Assembly (NCBI GenBank): GCA_003509545.1
Contig: DOLC01000002.1
Coordinates: 21,306 to 85,305, forward strand
Length of the DNA: 64,000 bases
Source: Peptococcaceae bacterium
Lineage (GTDB): Bacteria; Bacillota; DSM-521; Neomoorellales; Neomoorellaceae
Direction of reading: 5' to 3'
Made by a program: the position numbers and the translations under genes. Below the pieces are notes generated by a model. That model saw only the letters and a list, made by a program, of their open reading frames with translations, did no database searches and was not told the DNA's origin. Within the stretch, counting starts at the first letter, position 1; each line of letters opens with the position of its first letter. Below, in pieces: positions 1-9,538 of this stretch.

Positions 1-49
1 TAAGCCCGTCCTCGAAATAATCAAAGAGCCTCAAGACTCTAGCAATCAT
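1..49 (-). CDS. TRAP transporter small permease (DctQ-like), N-terminus only, runs off window
   Basis: GGAGG RBS then ATG, reads MIARVLRLFDYFEDGL; lies directly downstream of a DctP gene. Confidence 0.6.
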   Translation of the reverse strand, partial: MIARVLRLFDYFEDGL

Positions 50-73
50 AATCTACGAGTCCTCCTAGCCTAG

Positions 74-116
74 ATAAAGGCGAGCCATGGTTTTGGTAGC
101 CATGCCTCGCCTTTAT
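74..116 (-). terminator. Intercistronic hairpin after dctP (mRNA stabiliser or partial terminator)
   Basis: ATAAAGGCGAG-CATGG...CCATG-CTCGCCTTTAT inverted repeat. Confidence 0.55.
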
Positions 117-144
117 ACAGGGGTTTTTGTATTTACTGGCTAGA

Positions 145-1197
145 CTAGCTAGCCTCCTCTACAGCCTTCAAGGTACGGTTAAGCAGGTCCTCCCCAATCA
201 CATTCTTAAATTCCTCGTAGACCGGCTGGCTTGCTACACGGAAAGCTTCCTTTTCTTCCGGAGTTAAGGCATACACAGTGGTTTTACCTGAGGACTTTAT
301 TTCCTCCAGGTAACCCTCTTCTGCTTCGGCCATTAATTGCTTGTGATATTGGGCTACTTCCAATCCAGTATCGAATACTATCTGCTGCAGATCCTCGGGC
401 AGACTGGAGAACCATTTGTCGCTCAGTACTAATACGTACGGCAGATAGGCATGTTCGCTTAGAATGATATATTTTTGTACTTCATAAAATTTCATGGCCA
501 CAATACTCAAAAGGGGATTTTCGTGACCGTCAACAACACCTTGCTGCAAAGCGTTATATACTTCATGATAATCGATCGGCACCGGGTTGGCACCCCAAGC
601 TTTATACGTCGACACAATTACGGGGGCCTCCATCACCCGTATCTTCTGACCTCGGAAATCCTCAGGCTTATGAATCGGTTTATTATTAGTAAAGGCCTTA
701 AATCCTTCCGCGTAGACGCATACACCCCGTAAGCCTATGCTTTTCAAATTATCCATTAATTCACGACCAATGGGACCTTCCAATACCTTCCACATCACAT
801 CTTCATTAGGAAAGAGGAACGGAAGATCGAGTATCGTCAGGCGTTGATCAAAGCCCCCAAACTTGGCCGACGGTAGCAATACCCCTTCAATGGTCCCTAA
901 TTGTAATCCCTCAATCATTTCCCTTGCACTACCCAGTTGTTGAGCAGGGTACACTTCCACTTTTATTCTTCCATTCGTTCTCTCCTCTACCAATTCCTTA
1001 AACTTGAGAGCCGACTGTTGAAAAGGGGTGTCCGGCATCATATCATGTGCCAGTTTCATGGTATAAGTCTGCCCGTTCTGACCCTCCAAGCCGTTGCCAC
1101 CCCCCGGCTGCGAACCACCCGTCTGGGTGCCGCACCCCGCTAAAATTGCGATCAACAACACTGCTAATAAACTTAGTTGTAAGGTAAATCTCCTCAT
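145..1197 (-). CDS. dctP: TRAP transporter substrate-binding lipoprotein (DctP family)
   Basis: Lipobox LAGC; YPAQQLG, GQKIRVM, VYNALQQGVVDGHENP motifs. Confidence 0.92.
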   Translation of the reverse strand: MRRFTLQLSLLAVLLIAILAGCGTQTGGSQPGGGNGLEGQNGQTYTMKLAHDMMPDTPFQQSALKFKELVEERTNGRIKVEVYPAQQLGSAREMIEGLQLGTIEGVLLPSAKFGGFDQRLTILDLPFLFPNEDVMWKVLEGPIGRELMDNLKSIGLRGVCVYAEGFKAFTNNKPIHKPEDFRGQKIRVMEAPVIVSTYKAWGANPVPIDYHEVYNALQQGVVDGHENPLLSIVAMKFYEVQKYIILSEHAYLPYVLVLSDKWFSSLPEDLQQIVFDTGLEVAQYHKQLMAEAEEGYLEEIKSSGKTTVYALTPEEKEAFRVASQPVYEEFKNVIGEDLLNRTLKAVEEAS

Positions 1198-1222
1198 ACT
1201 GTGCCCCCCTCCAAGCGATAGG

Positions 1223-2077
1223 TTAACCCGCCAATTCTTTATAAGCCCTCTCCAGCAATACGCCTACCAAATACTGCCTATACTCCTTCGAACCCCTGAG
1301 CCTCGAATTCCTGGGCTGCGCTATCTCTGCAGCCTTCTTACAAGCACCTCTAATTATCTCATCAGACAATTCCTTCCCCAACAAGAAATCTTCCACCTCC
1401 CCCAGCCTCAAGGGCTTAAAGCCCACGGGTCCCGCAGCAATCCTTGTGTAAGACACCCTCCTTCCTTCCAAAGCCAAGGTTACAGCTACATTTATTACGG
1501 GTAGGGCCAGGCTCCTTCTGGGAGCTATCCGCCCAAAAACAGACCTGCAATTCGCCCTCTCGGGAATATACACACCCGTCACAATGCTCCGGGTACTGTC
1601 CACTTTGGAATGGCCTGGACCGACGTAAAGGTCTTCCACCTTTACTAATTCCCGTCGTCCGTCAGTATGGACTATCTCGGCCTCCGCTTCTAACGCCACC
1701 AGGGCTACGGCCGCATCGGCGGCGGGCTGCGCGTTAACGACGTTGCCGACCACTGTACCTACGTTGCGGATCTGTAGGCTTCCGACTTGAGCCGCAGCTT
1801 CTGCCAAAGCGGTAGCTTTTTCCCTAATTAGCTGGCTATTTGCCGCCTGGCTATGGGTCACCCCGGCGCCAAGATAAATTTTGCCGCCTTTTTCCTCTAT
1901 AACACCCATGCCCTCAATGCTGCGGATGTCTACTAGATATCGCGCCTGCTTGCTCTTGTTTTTGAGGTCTAAAACCAGATCGGTTCCGCCGGCAATAATT
2001 CGGGCCTCACCGTTATGAGCAGCCAGGATCTCTAGGGCTTCATCTATCGTCCTAGGCCGGTAATAATCCTGCCACAT
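1223..2077 (-). CDS. Xanthine-dehydrogenase-family FAD-binding subunit (CoxM/NdhF-like)
   Basis: IIAGGTDL and QIRNVGTVVGN FAD motifs; start assigned to MWQDYY. Confidence 0.9.
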   Translation of the reverse strand: MWQDYYRPRTIDEALEILAAHNGEARIIAGGTDLVLDLKNKSKQARYLVDIRSIEGMGVIEEKGGKIYLGAGVTHSQAANSQLIREKATALAEAAAQVGSLQIRNVGTVVGNVVNAQPAADAAVALVALEAEAEIVHTDGRRELVKVEDLYVGPGHSKVDSTRSIVTGVYIPERANCRSVFGRIAPRRSLALPVINVAVTLALEGRRVSYTRIAAGPVGFKPLRLGEVEDFLLGKELSDEIIRGACKKAAEIAQPRNSRLRGSKEYRQYLVGVLLERAYKELAG

Positions 2078-2098
2078 GATTTTCACCCACCTCCCCAC

Positions 2099-3088
2099 CT
2101 AGTTACCTTTCTCCCGAAGTAGCTGGCGTACTTTCTCGGGTGTGGCGGGAAGCTCCGTGATTCTTACGCCCACCGCATTAGCAATGGCATTAATTATGGC
2201 CGGAGCGGTGGGGATATTAGCGGGTTCGCCTACTCCCTTGGCTCCAAAGGGGCCGGTGGGATCCTCCTCCTCTACGATCAGGCTAACGACCTCGTGGGGA
2301 ACATCCTTAGCGGTAGGTATGAGATACTCTGCGAGGGTCGGAGTGAGAGGCCTACCGCGATCCAGGATTACCTCCTCTATCAACGCCTGACCGAGCCCCA
2401 TGGCCACCCCACCTTCCATCTGGCCTTCGACGGCCAAGGGGTTGATGGACTTCCCCACGTCGTTAGCCGCCACTACCCGCAAGACGGTTACTTCACCCGT
2501 CTCCGTATCTACTTCCACTTCGGCTACATGGGCGGCAAAGGTGTAGGCCGCATACGCCTCGCCCTGGTTAGTCTCCGGATCCACGTCTGGCGTAGTGATG
2601 TTGTGCCACCCCCAGCCGATGGCCTTTCGCCCGGAGCGACGGCAATAAGCGGCCACTTCGGCCATAGATAGGTGGGTCTTTTCCCCGTTGTAGTAGACTT
2701 GTCTCTTCCTAAAGGTAATACCCTGCGGATCAACCCCCAGCAGTTCAGCCGCGCTGTCAATTAAGCTTTCCTTTACATCAGCTGCCGCTTTTTTTGCCGC
2801 ATGCCCAGTCACATAGGTTTGCCTGCTGGCCGTGCTTGGGCCGGCATCGGGAGTAGTAGCGGTATCCGCCGTAAGGACCTGCACATCTTCAGGTAAAATA
2901 CCCAATTCTTCTGCCACGATAAGGGCAATCATTTCCGTAGAGCCCTGTCCCATGTCGGCACAACCGCTTAGGACCGTGACCGTACCATCTTCTCCCACTT
3001 CCACCGAGACTGCCGAATTATCCGGGCGCCCAAAGCCGAAACCTATGGCATACATCATGCAGCCATAACCTATACCTCGCTTTTTCAC
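2099..3088 (-). CDS. Molybdopterin-binding subunit, C-terminal half (NdhM-like)
   Basis: KKRGIG start, DMGQG, ASRQT, GQMEGG, GAKGVGEP (catalytic Glu). Confidence 0.88.
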   Translation of the reverse strand: MKKRGIGYGCMMYAIGFGFGRPDNSAVSVEVGEDGTVTVLSGCADMGQGSTEMIALIVAEELGILPEDVQVLTADTATTPDAGPSTASRQTYVTGHAAKKAAADVKESLIDSAAELLGVDPQGITFRKRQVYYNGEKTHLSMAEVAAYCRRSGRKAIGWGWHNITTPDVDPETNQGEAYAAYTFAAHVAEVEVDTETGEVTVLRVVAANDVGKSINPLAVEGQMEGGVAMGLGQALIEEVILDRGRPLTPTLAEYLIPTAKDVPHEVVSLIVEEEDPTGPFGAKGVGEPANIPTAPAIINAIANAVGVRITELPATPEKVRQLLREKGN

Positions 3089-3121
3089 CGCGCGATCACC
3101 CCCACCTGTCAAGAAAGCGCC

Positions 3122-4870
3122 CTACAACGGATGGGCTTCTAAGTATTTCTTGACCTCTTCTAAGCAGGCCTTAATCCCCACCCCGTGCTTCAATACGTGG
3201 CCCGTACCCGTACTGAGTCCCGGCTCCAGGGCGTTCTTATATCTAATTTCCCACGGATCCCTTTGCAGTTTCTGGGCCAGGAGGTCCATCAAAGACTCGT
3301 GGACAAAGGGCGCTTGGACAACTCCGAAACCCCGCATGGCTCCCGAGGGAGGATTATTGGTATAGACCGTGTAGGTATCCACCTTAATGTTGGGAATATA
3401 ATAGGGCCCGCTCAGGTGAAGACCTGCCTTCTTGACCACGTATACGCCGAGGGACACGTAAGCGCCGGTATCTGCGTAGACTTCTCCTTCCAAAGCCAGC
3501 AATTTGCCTTCCCGGTTAGCTCCCAAGCGGGCCTTAATTACCATGGGGTGGCGCTTGGTTGTCGCCCGCATGGATTCTTCTCGGGTGAAACGAACTTTCA
3601 CCGGTCGCCCAGTCTTTAAGGCTGCCAGGCCGGCTAAAATCTCGGTGGTAATATCGTCTTTACCGCCAAAACCTCCACCTGTAGTCATTTGTACAACCCT
3701 AACTTTATTAACCGGTAGGCCCAAAACAGGAGCGATCTGCCGCCGGTCACGGAAAACGTACTGGGTGGAAGTCCATACCGTCAGGTTGCCTTGGTGGTCT
3801 ACGGCGGCCACGCTGCACTCCGGTTCCAGATAAGCATGTTCCACGCACTGGGTGCGGAAAATATTTTCCACCACTACCTCACTCTGGCTGAACCCCGCTG
3901 CAATATCGCCCTTCCTCACTTTGGTGTGCTGAACCAGGTTGCCCTTTTCATGGACCAAAGGCGCACCTGGCTTTAGGGCTTCCTCAGCGGAGAAGACGCC
4001 GGGCAACTCCTCATAATCTACTCTGATAAGCCCCAAAGCTTCTTCCGCCGCCCTCTCGCTTTCCGCCACTACCAGGGCCACCGCGTCTCCCAGACAGCGC
4101 ACCTTATCATCGGCTAACACGCGTTGGTCCAGGTAGACCAGGCCGTAGCGGTTTATGCCCGGCACATCCTTGGCCGTCAAGACGGCAACTACTCCCGGCA
4201 CCTTCTCCGCCGCCGAGGTGTCAATTCCCTTGATCAAAGCATGGGGATAGGCGCTCCGCAGCGCCATGCCGTAGAGCATGTTAGGTAAAAAGAGATCGTC
4301 GGCATAGGCTGCCCTGCCGGTGGCCTTGTCTACCGCATCCCTCCGCCGAACCTTATGCCCGATTACGCTGTGACCGCACGAAGAGGGCTTCAGCTCCCTT
4401 GGGGGCAACTGGCCCGAGGCGAGCTGGACGGCCCGCACCATCTTTTGGTAACCGGTGCAACGGCACAAGTTGCCCGACAGAGCTTCTCTGATCTCCTCCT
4501 CCGACGGCTTTGGGTTGGCCATGAGTAATGCCTTAGCGGACATAATGGCTCCCGGCGTACAAAAGCCGCACTGGATGGCGCCTTCGTCGATAAAGGCCTG
4601 CTGCAGTGGATCCAGCCCTCCATTTTGAGCCAAACCCTCTATGGTGACCACTTCGCACCCATCTACTGCTGCGGCAGGGATGAGACAAGAATTCACAGCC
4701 TGGCCGTTGACCAGAACCGTGCACGCCCCACATTCGCCCTGGCCGCAGCCCTCTTTGGTACCGGTCAACCTTAAGGTGTCCCGGAGGAAGCGGAGCAGCG
4801 TGGTGTCCGCCTCCACGGTGGCCGTTACCTGCTGTCCGTTTACGATTAGTCTAATCTGACGCTCTGCCAC
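3122..4870 (-). CDS. Fusion of 2x[2Fe-2S] subunit and N-terminal molybdopterin subunit (NdhS+NdhL-like)
   Basis: GCGQGECGAC, QCGFCTPG, NLCRCTGY, followed by GGGFGGK and AMRGFG. Confidence 0.9.
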   Translation of the reverse strand: MAERQIRLIVNGQQVTATVEADTTLLRFLRDTLRLTGTKEGCGQGECGACTVLVNGQAVNSCLIPAAAVDGCEVVTIEGLAQNGGLDPLQQAFIDEGAIQCGFCTPGAIMSAKALLMANPKPSEEEIREALSGNLCRCTGYQKMVRAVQLASGQLPPRELKPSSCGHSVIGHKVRRRDAVDKATGRAAYADDLFLPNMLYGMALRSAYPHALIKGIDTSAAEKVPGVVAVLTAKDVPGINRYGLVYLDQRVLADDKVRCLGDAVALVVAESERAAEEALGLIRVDYEELPGVFSAEEALKPGAPLVHEKGNLVQHTKVRKGDIAAGFSQSEVVVENIFRTQCVEHAYLEPECSVAAVDHQGNLTVWTSTQYVFRDRRQIAPVLGLPVNKVRVVQMTTGGGFGGKDDITTEILAGLAALKTGRPVKVRFTREESMRATTKRHPMVIKARLGANREGKLLALEGEVYADTGAYVSLGVYVVKKAGLHLSGPYYIPNIKVDTYTVYTNNPPSGAMRGFGVVQAPFVHESLMDLLAQKLQRDPWEIRYKNALEPGLSTGTGHVLKHGVGIKACLEEVKKYLEAHPL

Positions 4871-4876
4871 CCACCT

Positions 4877-5761
4877 TCACCTCGCTTCCATTTCAAGGAG
4901 TTCCGCCGGTTTGGTCACGACCATCCGTCGGATTTCCTCTTCGCTTAGACCTTTCTCATACAAGCACTGGGCAAATACCCGCAGGGATTCGTGAGGCATA
5001 GGGTTGTGCCTCTGACCGGCATCGCTGATCAACACGGCGCGATCCACTCCGATACTCTTTATGGCTGCGAAGACTTCTTCCACCGTCGCATAGTGCCACA
5101 TGGGAGAAACGGTACAGTAGCCGAACTCGGCTATGGCTCCCAGGTCTACCAGTTCCTTCAACTGCTGCACGGACAGCCGAGGAACCTTAAAGAAGGGATG
5201 GGTGATTAAGATCTTCTGAACTCCCTTTTCCCGGGCGGCTTTGACCAGGGCATATATTTCTCCGGGAGAAAGGTGGGAGGTGCCCAAAACCGCCCGGTAT
5301 TGGGTGATCAGTTCGAGCACTTCCCAGGTATTCGGAGTAAGCTTCTTTTCTTCATCCCATATGGTGATTCCCAGGCCGTCGCCGGCCCTTCCAGTGTTTC
5401 CCCCTTCCTGCACATCGTACCTGCCCCGGGACCCGTGGACCTCGGCATGGTAGGCGGCGTCGATGGTAGGCATCCAGACCATCTTCCCGCCCATCTTGAG
5501 GGAAGCCTCCACGGCCGCCGGGTTGATGCCGCCCACATAGGAATTGAGGACTATTCCGCCGAAAACTCGAAAGCCCTCTATCTGTCGGGATACTTCCCGG
5601 GCCCGGGAAACCGTACTTTCATGGTGGCATTTAAGGACCATGCCTCCCATTCCCGCCTGGGCCGCGGCCTGGGCCGCAGTATAATCGTCGCAAAGCCGCG
5701 GGAAGAGACAGGGGTGGGTGTGGACGTGAAGGTCGATGGCCCCTTCCAGGTTCACCAGCAT
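4877..5761 (-). CDS. Amidohydrolase-fold metallohydrolase (DUF6282-like)
   Basis: IDLHVHTHP, LKCH, WMPT, THP, SDAGQ; start MLVNL after AGGAGG RBS. Confidence 0.75.
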   Translation of the reverse strand: MLVNLEGAIDLHVHTHPCLFPRLCDDYTAAQAAAQAGMGGMVLKCHHESTVSRAREVSRQIEGFRVFGGIVLNSYVGGINPAAVEASLKMGGKMVWMPTIDAAYHAEVHGSRGRYDVQEGGNTGRAGDGLGITIWDEEKKLTPNTWEVLELITQYRAVLGTSHLSPGEIYALVKAAREKGVQKILITHPFFKVPRLSVQQLKELVDLGAIAEFGYCTVSPMWHYATVEEVFAAIKSIGVDRAVLISDAGQRHNPMPHESLRVFAQCLYEKGLSEEEIRRMVVTKPAELLEMEAR

Positions 5762-5775
5762 TTTAGGAGAACCTC

Positions 5776-6936
5776 CTATTCCTTCAACTCTATGGCTCCC
5801 ACCGGGCACCACTGGGCACATAGGCCGCAGCCGTCGCAGGCTTCCCTGTCCGCCCAGGTCCGGCCGTCTTCCCGGTGGATGGCGCCGTAGAAGCAGACCC
5901 TCGAGCAAATATCGCAATTCTTGCAGAGGTCAGGATTGATGGTGGCAAAGCGGGGCGGCTCCTGGGCCAACTCTTCCACGGTCTTGATATGGGGCAGGGC
6001 AATGCCCCGGAAATCTTCTATCGTGCGGTACCCCTTACGATCCATGAATTCGCTCAGGCCGCGCAATATCCTTTCTACCTTCCCCAAACCTTCCCACATC
6101 ACGGCCGTGGCCACCTGAACGGTTGTCGCCCCCAACATGATATATTCCACTACTTCCTGCCAGCTGCTCACGCCGCCCACCGCCGAAAGGGGAACCTTTA
6201 CCGCCCGGGCCACTTCGGAGAAATGGCGCATAATAATGGGCTTTATGGCCGGGCCCGTATACCCGCCGTAGCCCCGTAAGTATGGCCTACCTGTCTCTAT
6301 ATCCACTCCGGCGAAGGAGCGAATGGAGTTGCTGATGGTAATAGCATCCACCCCTGCCTCTACCGCCGCCTGGGCGATTTCTACCATATCGGATACATTG
6401 GGGGTGAGTTTAACCGAAAGGGGCAACTTAACGGCTCCTTTGGCCGCCTTTACCTGGCGATAGGTCAGTTCCGGGCTCTTGCCTATATGCATGCCTACTG
6501 TGGAGGCCGGCATGGGGCAAGAAACGTTCAATTCAAAGAGGTCCACCAACCCGGTGGCCTCCACCTGGCTGGCCAGTTCCGCCGTCTGCTCCGGTTCCGG
6601 CATGGCCAGAATGCTGGCGAAGATTTTAGCTCCCCCTTCCCTGGCCAGGGCCAGATCCTGCGCTATCCATTCCTCGCGGGTCTTGGTAGTAAACAGTTCC
6701 AAGTTGACCATTCCTATAGGACGGTTGCCCACGCGGTACAAGAACAGCCGCCCGTTCCGCGGATGCGCCGCCCAGTCCTGGATGGGGCCTATGGTCTTGG
6801 GTATGACGGCGCCGAAGCCCGCCTCTCCCGCCCTTTTCAGGCGAAGGCCGTCCCACCCGGGGGTGGCCGAAGCCAGCACCAGGGGATTACGGAAGGTTAC
6901 ACCGGCGAAGTTTACGCGAAGATTGGCCATATCCAA
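5776..6936 (-). CDS. Dihydropyrimidine/dihydroorotate dehydrogenase family (PreA-like) with C-terminal 2x[4Fe-4S]
   Basis: NPLVLAS, ELNVSCP, VKLTPN, GGYTGPAIKP; CKNCDIC..C and CDGCGLC..CP. Confidence 0.88.
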   Translation of the reverse strand: MDMANLRVNFAGVTFRNPLVLASATPGWDGLRLKRAGEAGFGAVIPKTIGPIQDWAAHPRNGRLFLYRVGNRPIGMVNLELFTTKTREEWIAQDLALAREGGAKIFASILAMPEPEQTAELASQVEATGLVDLFELNVSCPMPASTVGMHIGKSPELTYRQVKAAKGAVKLPLSVKLTPNVSDMVEIAQAAVEAGVDAITISNSIRSFAGVDIETGRPYLRGYGGYTGPAIKPIIMRHFSEVARAVKVPLSAVGGVSSWQEVVEYIMLGATTVQVATAVMWEGLGKVERILRGLSEFMDRKGYRTIEDFRGIALPHIKTVEELAQEPPRFATINPDLCKNCDICSRVCFYGAIHREDGRTWADREACDGCGLCAQWCPVGAIELKE

Positions 6937-7026
6937 TGCACCTCTTATTTTGTGGATTTACCCTTGATCTTCTGCCTTAAAATTCATTTTCCTTTAGACT
7001 ACTGTTACAAGTGTTAGTTGTTTGTC

Positions 7027-7710
7027 TTATGCCTTTGTACCCAATTCTCTTAATACATCCAAGGCCTGTTCCAAGGCAGCCTGATTACTGGTAACTACAG
7101 GAAGACCCGTAAGGTATTCCAGGCGGTCCCTTATTTCCAAGCCGCGAAAATTGGTGCAGGAAATAAAGATCCCGTCCACCAGCTGCCCCTCTACGGTCTT
7201 CAGGGCAAAGGCCAATATCTCCTCGGGGGGTACGGAGGCAATGGCAAAATTATGGTCAATTCCCAGGCCGGCAATGGTGGCTGCCGACAATCCGTCGTCC
7301 TCCAGGCTCTTCCGGATCCTGGAGTTTAGAGCATCAACGTAAGGGGTTATTACAGCCACCTTCTGTATACGCCGTCTCTTCAGGGCGCGGCGCACACTGG
7401 CCACCGTGCTGATGGCCGGACACCCGGCCACCTCGCTTATCCGCCTGCATAGCTCTTCATCGTAGGCATTGCCCCGAAGGGCCCCGGCCGAGGTGCAGCC
7501 GAAGACGATAGCATGGGGCTCTACGGTGGCCAGATCGTTAAGGGCCCGAGGGAAGTGGACGTCCAGCATTTCCTCTTCGCCGGCCACTGTGGTATCCTTT
7601 AGATACATGCGCGCGACGTGGAGGGTGATATGACTGGGAAGGTGGCGGTAGAAATCCACTTCCATTACGGAATTAGAGGAAGGAACTATTAAGCCCAGCC
7701 TTTGGTACAT
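7027..7710 (-). CDS. Maleate cis-trans isomerase / Asp-Glu racemase family protein
   Basis: GLIVPSSN, FGCTS, ITPY, ISCTN, PVVTSNQA; both catalytic Cys present. Confidence 0.88.
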   Translation of the reverse strand: MYQRLGLIVPSSNSVMEVDFYRHLPSHITLHVARMYLKDTTVAGEEEMLDVHFPRALNDLATVEPHAIVFGCTSAGALRGNAYDEELCRRISEVAGCPAISTVASVRRALKRRRIQKVAVITPYVDALNSRIRKSLEDDGLSAATIAGLGIDHNFAIASVPPEEILAFALKTVEGQLVDGIFISCTNFRGLEIRDRLEYLTGLPVVTSNQAALEQALDVLRELGTKA

Positions 7711-7851
7711 TCGGTCTATCCCCCTATAGCCCGGCCATGGCCTCAAATCCTTACGCGTTAGATTATTTCTACACTTTATGGGCCCGGGCCTTTAGACTAG
7801 TAGCATAAACCGAAGGCGTTTTTTCTGGGCCGATGGTATAGGGGCTTCCCC

Positions 7852-9492
7852 TTAAGGGGTAAGCTGGGTCAGCTTTAAAGCCAGCATTAAGGCAAATCTG
7901 TTTTCCGCATCGTTCAGGTCCAGGCCGGTAATCTCTTGTATCTTTTTCAACCTGTATATCACCGAGTTTTTGTGGACGAACAGGGCTTGGGCGGTCCGGC
8001 GCAAATTGCCGTCGTTCTTCAAATAACATGCCAAGGTGGCCGTTAGGTCTGTTTTGTTCTGGGCATCGTAGGCCTTAAGCTTGCCGATATATTCCTGACA
8101 AAAGGTGTAGGCCGCGGGCGCATCTTTTACATAAAACAAAACCCGCAGGGGGCCGAGCTCTGAAAAGAAGACGGGTTTTTCTTCTCTGCGGTCTAAGGCG
8201 ACCTTTAACGCGACTTGCGCTTCTTCGTAAGAAGTCTTTACATACTCCAACCCTTCGTAGGGTCGGCCCACGCCTACGCCGAATCGCACCTTAGAAAAAC
8301 GGGCCTTCGCAGCCTTTAGAATCTCGCCGAGGCGCTCGGGCAATTCCTTTTCCGTCTCGGAATAAAAGCGCAGCAGCCCAACGACCCGGCTATCCCTACT
8401 GACCACCAACACGCCCCCCGGGTGCCGGGAAAACCGGGAACGGAGGAGGTGAATCACTTCCGAAGGAATTTCGACTTCGTAAGGCGAGGCCTTGTCCGGC
8501 CCTTGGAAGCCCACTACTATCACGGCCAGCCGGCCCGCCAGGTTTATTCCCAGGTGGGCCGCCCGTTTCAACACGGTACCGGCATTCTCTATTTCGCCCT
8601 TCAGCAGTTCGTCCAGTAGCTCTCCCCGCAGCCGAATTTCCGTTTCGGCAACGGCCTTCTCCTTGGCAAACTCCAGGGCCACGATGGTCGCACCCGTTTC
8701 TATACCCCTTATCTCGATGTCGTTTAGGTGCCGGCTGCTCTGGAGGATGACCAGATACCCCTCAATCTTCTCCCGACAGGCCACCGGTACCACAACGCTT
8801 TCGGGCAACTCGGGGCTCAAGCGAAGGATGGTGGCCCGGTGGGGTACCAATTCCTGTAATTCCGGCGGTACCTCCCGGAAAATTTCCTGTAAGGCCTGCT
8901 GGTGCCAAGACAAGGTTTCACTGCCGGCCAGGGGCGGATAACCGGCCCCGAGACAGGTACCGTAACCGAAAATGAAAACAGGATTGGCCGTAAATTGGGC
9001 TAGGGCGCTGCATACGCCCTGCAATCCCGTGCCCCTCAAGAGCACATTGAGGAGGAGATTATGGATTTCGTCGGTCCTACGCCGCCGGTAAAGCTGTTCA
9101 TTAATCAGGAGCTCGAAAATAGGCAACATAATTTCCATATACGGGACGTCGGGGGGCAGTTCCAGCAGGGGCAAACCCACCCGCTCGGCATGTTCAACCA
9201 TATCCTCGGGGATCCCAAAGAGATATTGACCCGGCTTGATACCGAAGGCGGCCACGCCCTTTCCAGCCAGGTCGTATATAATCCTCCGGCGCAGCTCGGG
9301 GTTGTCTTTAAAGGCATAGCCGGCCGTAAGCAGGAGCTCGCCGCCCTTCATCCAGCGGGCGACCTCCGGGACTTCCATAATATTTACAAAGGTTATCTCA
9401 TTGTCCAAACCCCGCCGGCCGGCCACAAGTTTGGCCCGCCGCAAGGGCCCGATGCTTAGAGCCTGTCTTACCTTTAGGGACATGGGCACCAC
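7852..9492 (-). CDS. PucR-family transcriptional regulator
   Basis: N-terminal PucR domain (GELLLTAG); C-terminal HTH LFVHKNSVIYRLKKI. Confidence 0.92.
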   Translation of the reverse strand: MVPMSLKVRQALSIGPLRRAKLVAGRRGLDNEITFVNIMEVPEVARWMKGGELLLTAGYAFKDNPELRRRIIYDLAGKGVAAFGIKPGQYLFGIPEDMVEHAERVGLPLLELPPDVPYMEIMLPIFELLINEQLYRRRRTDEIHNLLLNVLLRGTGLQGVCSALAQFTANPVFIFGYGTCLGAGYPPLAGSETLSWHQQALQEIFREVPPELQELVPHRATILRLSPELPESVVVPVACREKIEGYLVILQSSRHLNDIEIRGIETGATIVALEFAKEKAVAETEIRLRGELLDELLKGEIENAGTVLKRAAHLGINLAGRLAVIVVGFQGPDKASPYEVEIPSEVIHLLRSRFSRHPGGVLVVSRDSRVVGLLRFYSETEKELPERLGEILKAAKARFSKVRFGVGVGRPYEGLEYVKTSYEEAQVALKVALDRREEKPVFFSELGPLRVLFYVKDAPAAYTFCQEYIGKLKAYDAQNKTDLTATLACYLKNDGNLRRTAQALFVHKNSVIYRLKKIQEITGLDLNDAENRFALMLALKLTQLTP

Positions 9493-9511
9493 CTCAACAT
9501 TATTTTACATA

Positions 9512-9538
9512 ATTCGACGCCTGAAAAATAACTTCCTC
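9512..9538 (-). promoter_or_regulatory. Putative sigma-H promoter of the PucR gene
   Basis: AGGAAGT-N12-GTCGAAT on the minus strand. Confidence 0.6.

Noticed and set aside
2099..4870. Pseudogene or frameshift of a single xanthine dehydrogenase large subunit
   Set aside because: The break matches the natural L/M split, and the second gene has its own RBS and start.
5762..5917. Long N-terminal extension of the DUF6282-like ORF
   Set aside because: It overlaps the PreA-like C-terminus; a strong RBS precedes the ATG at 5761.
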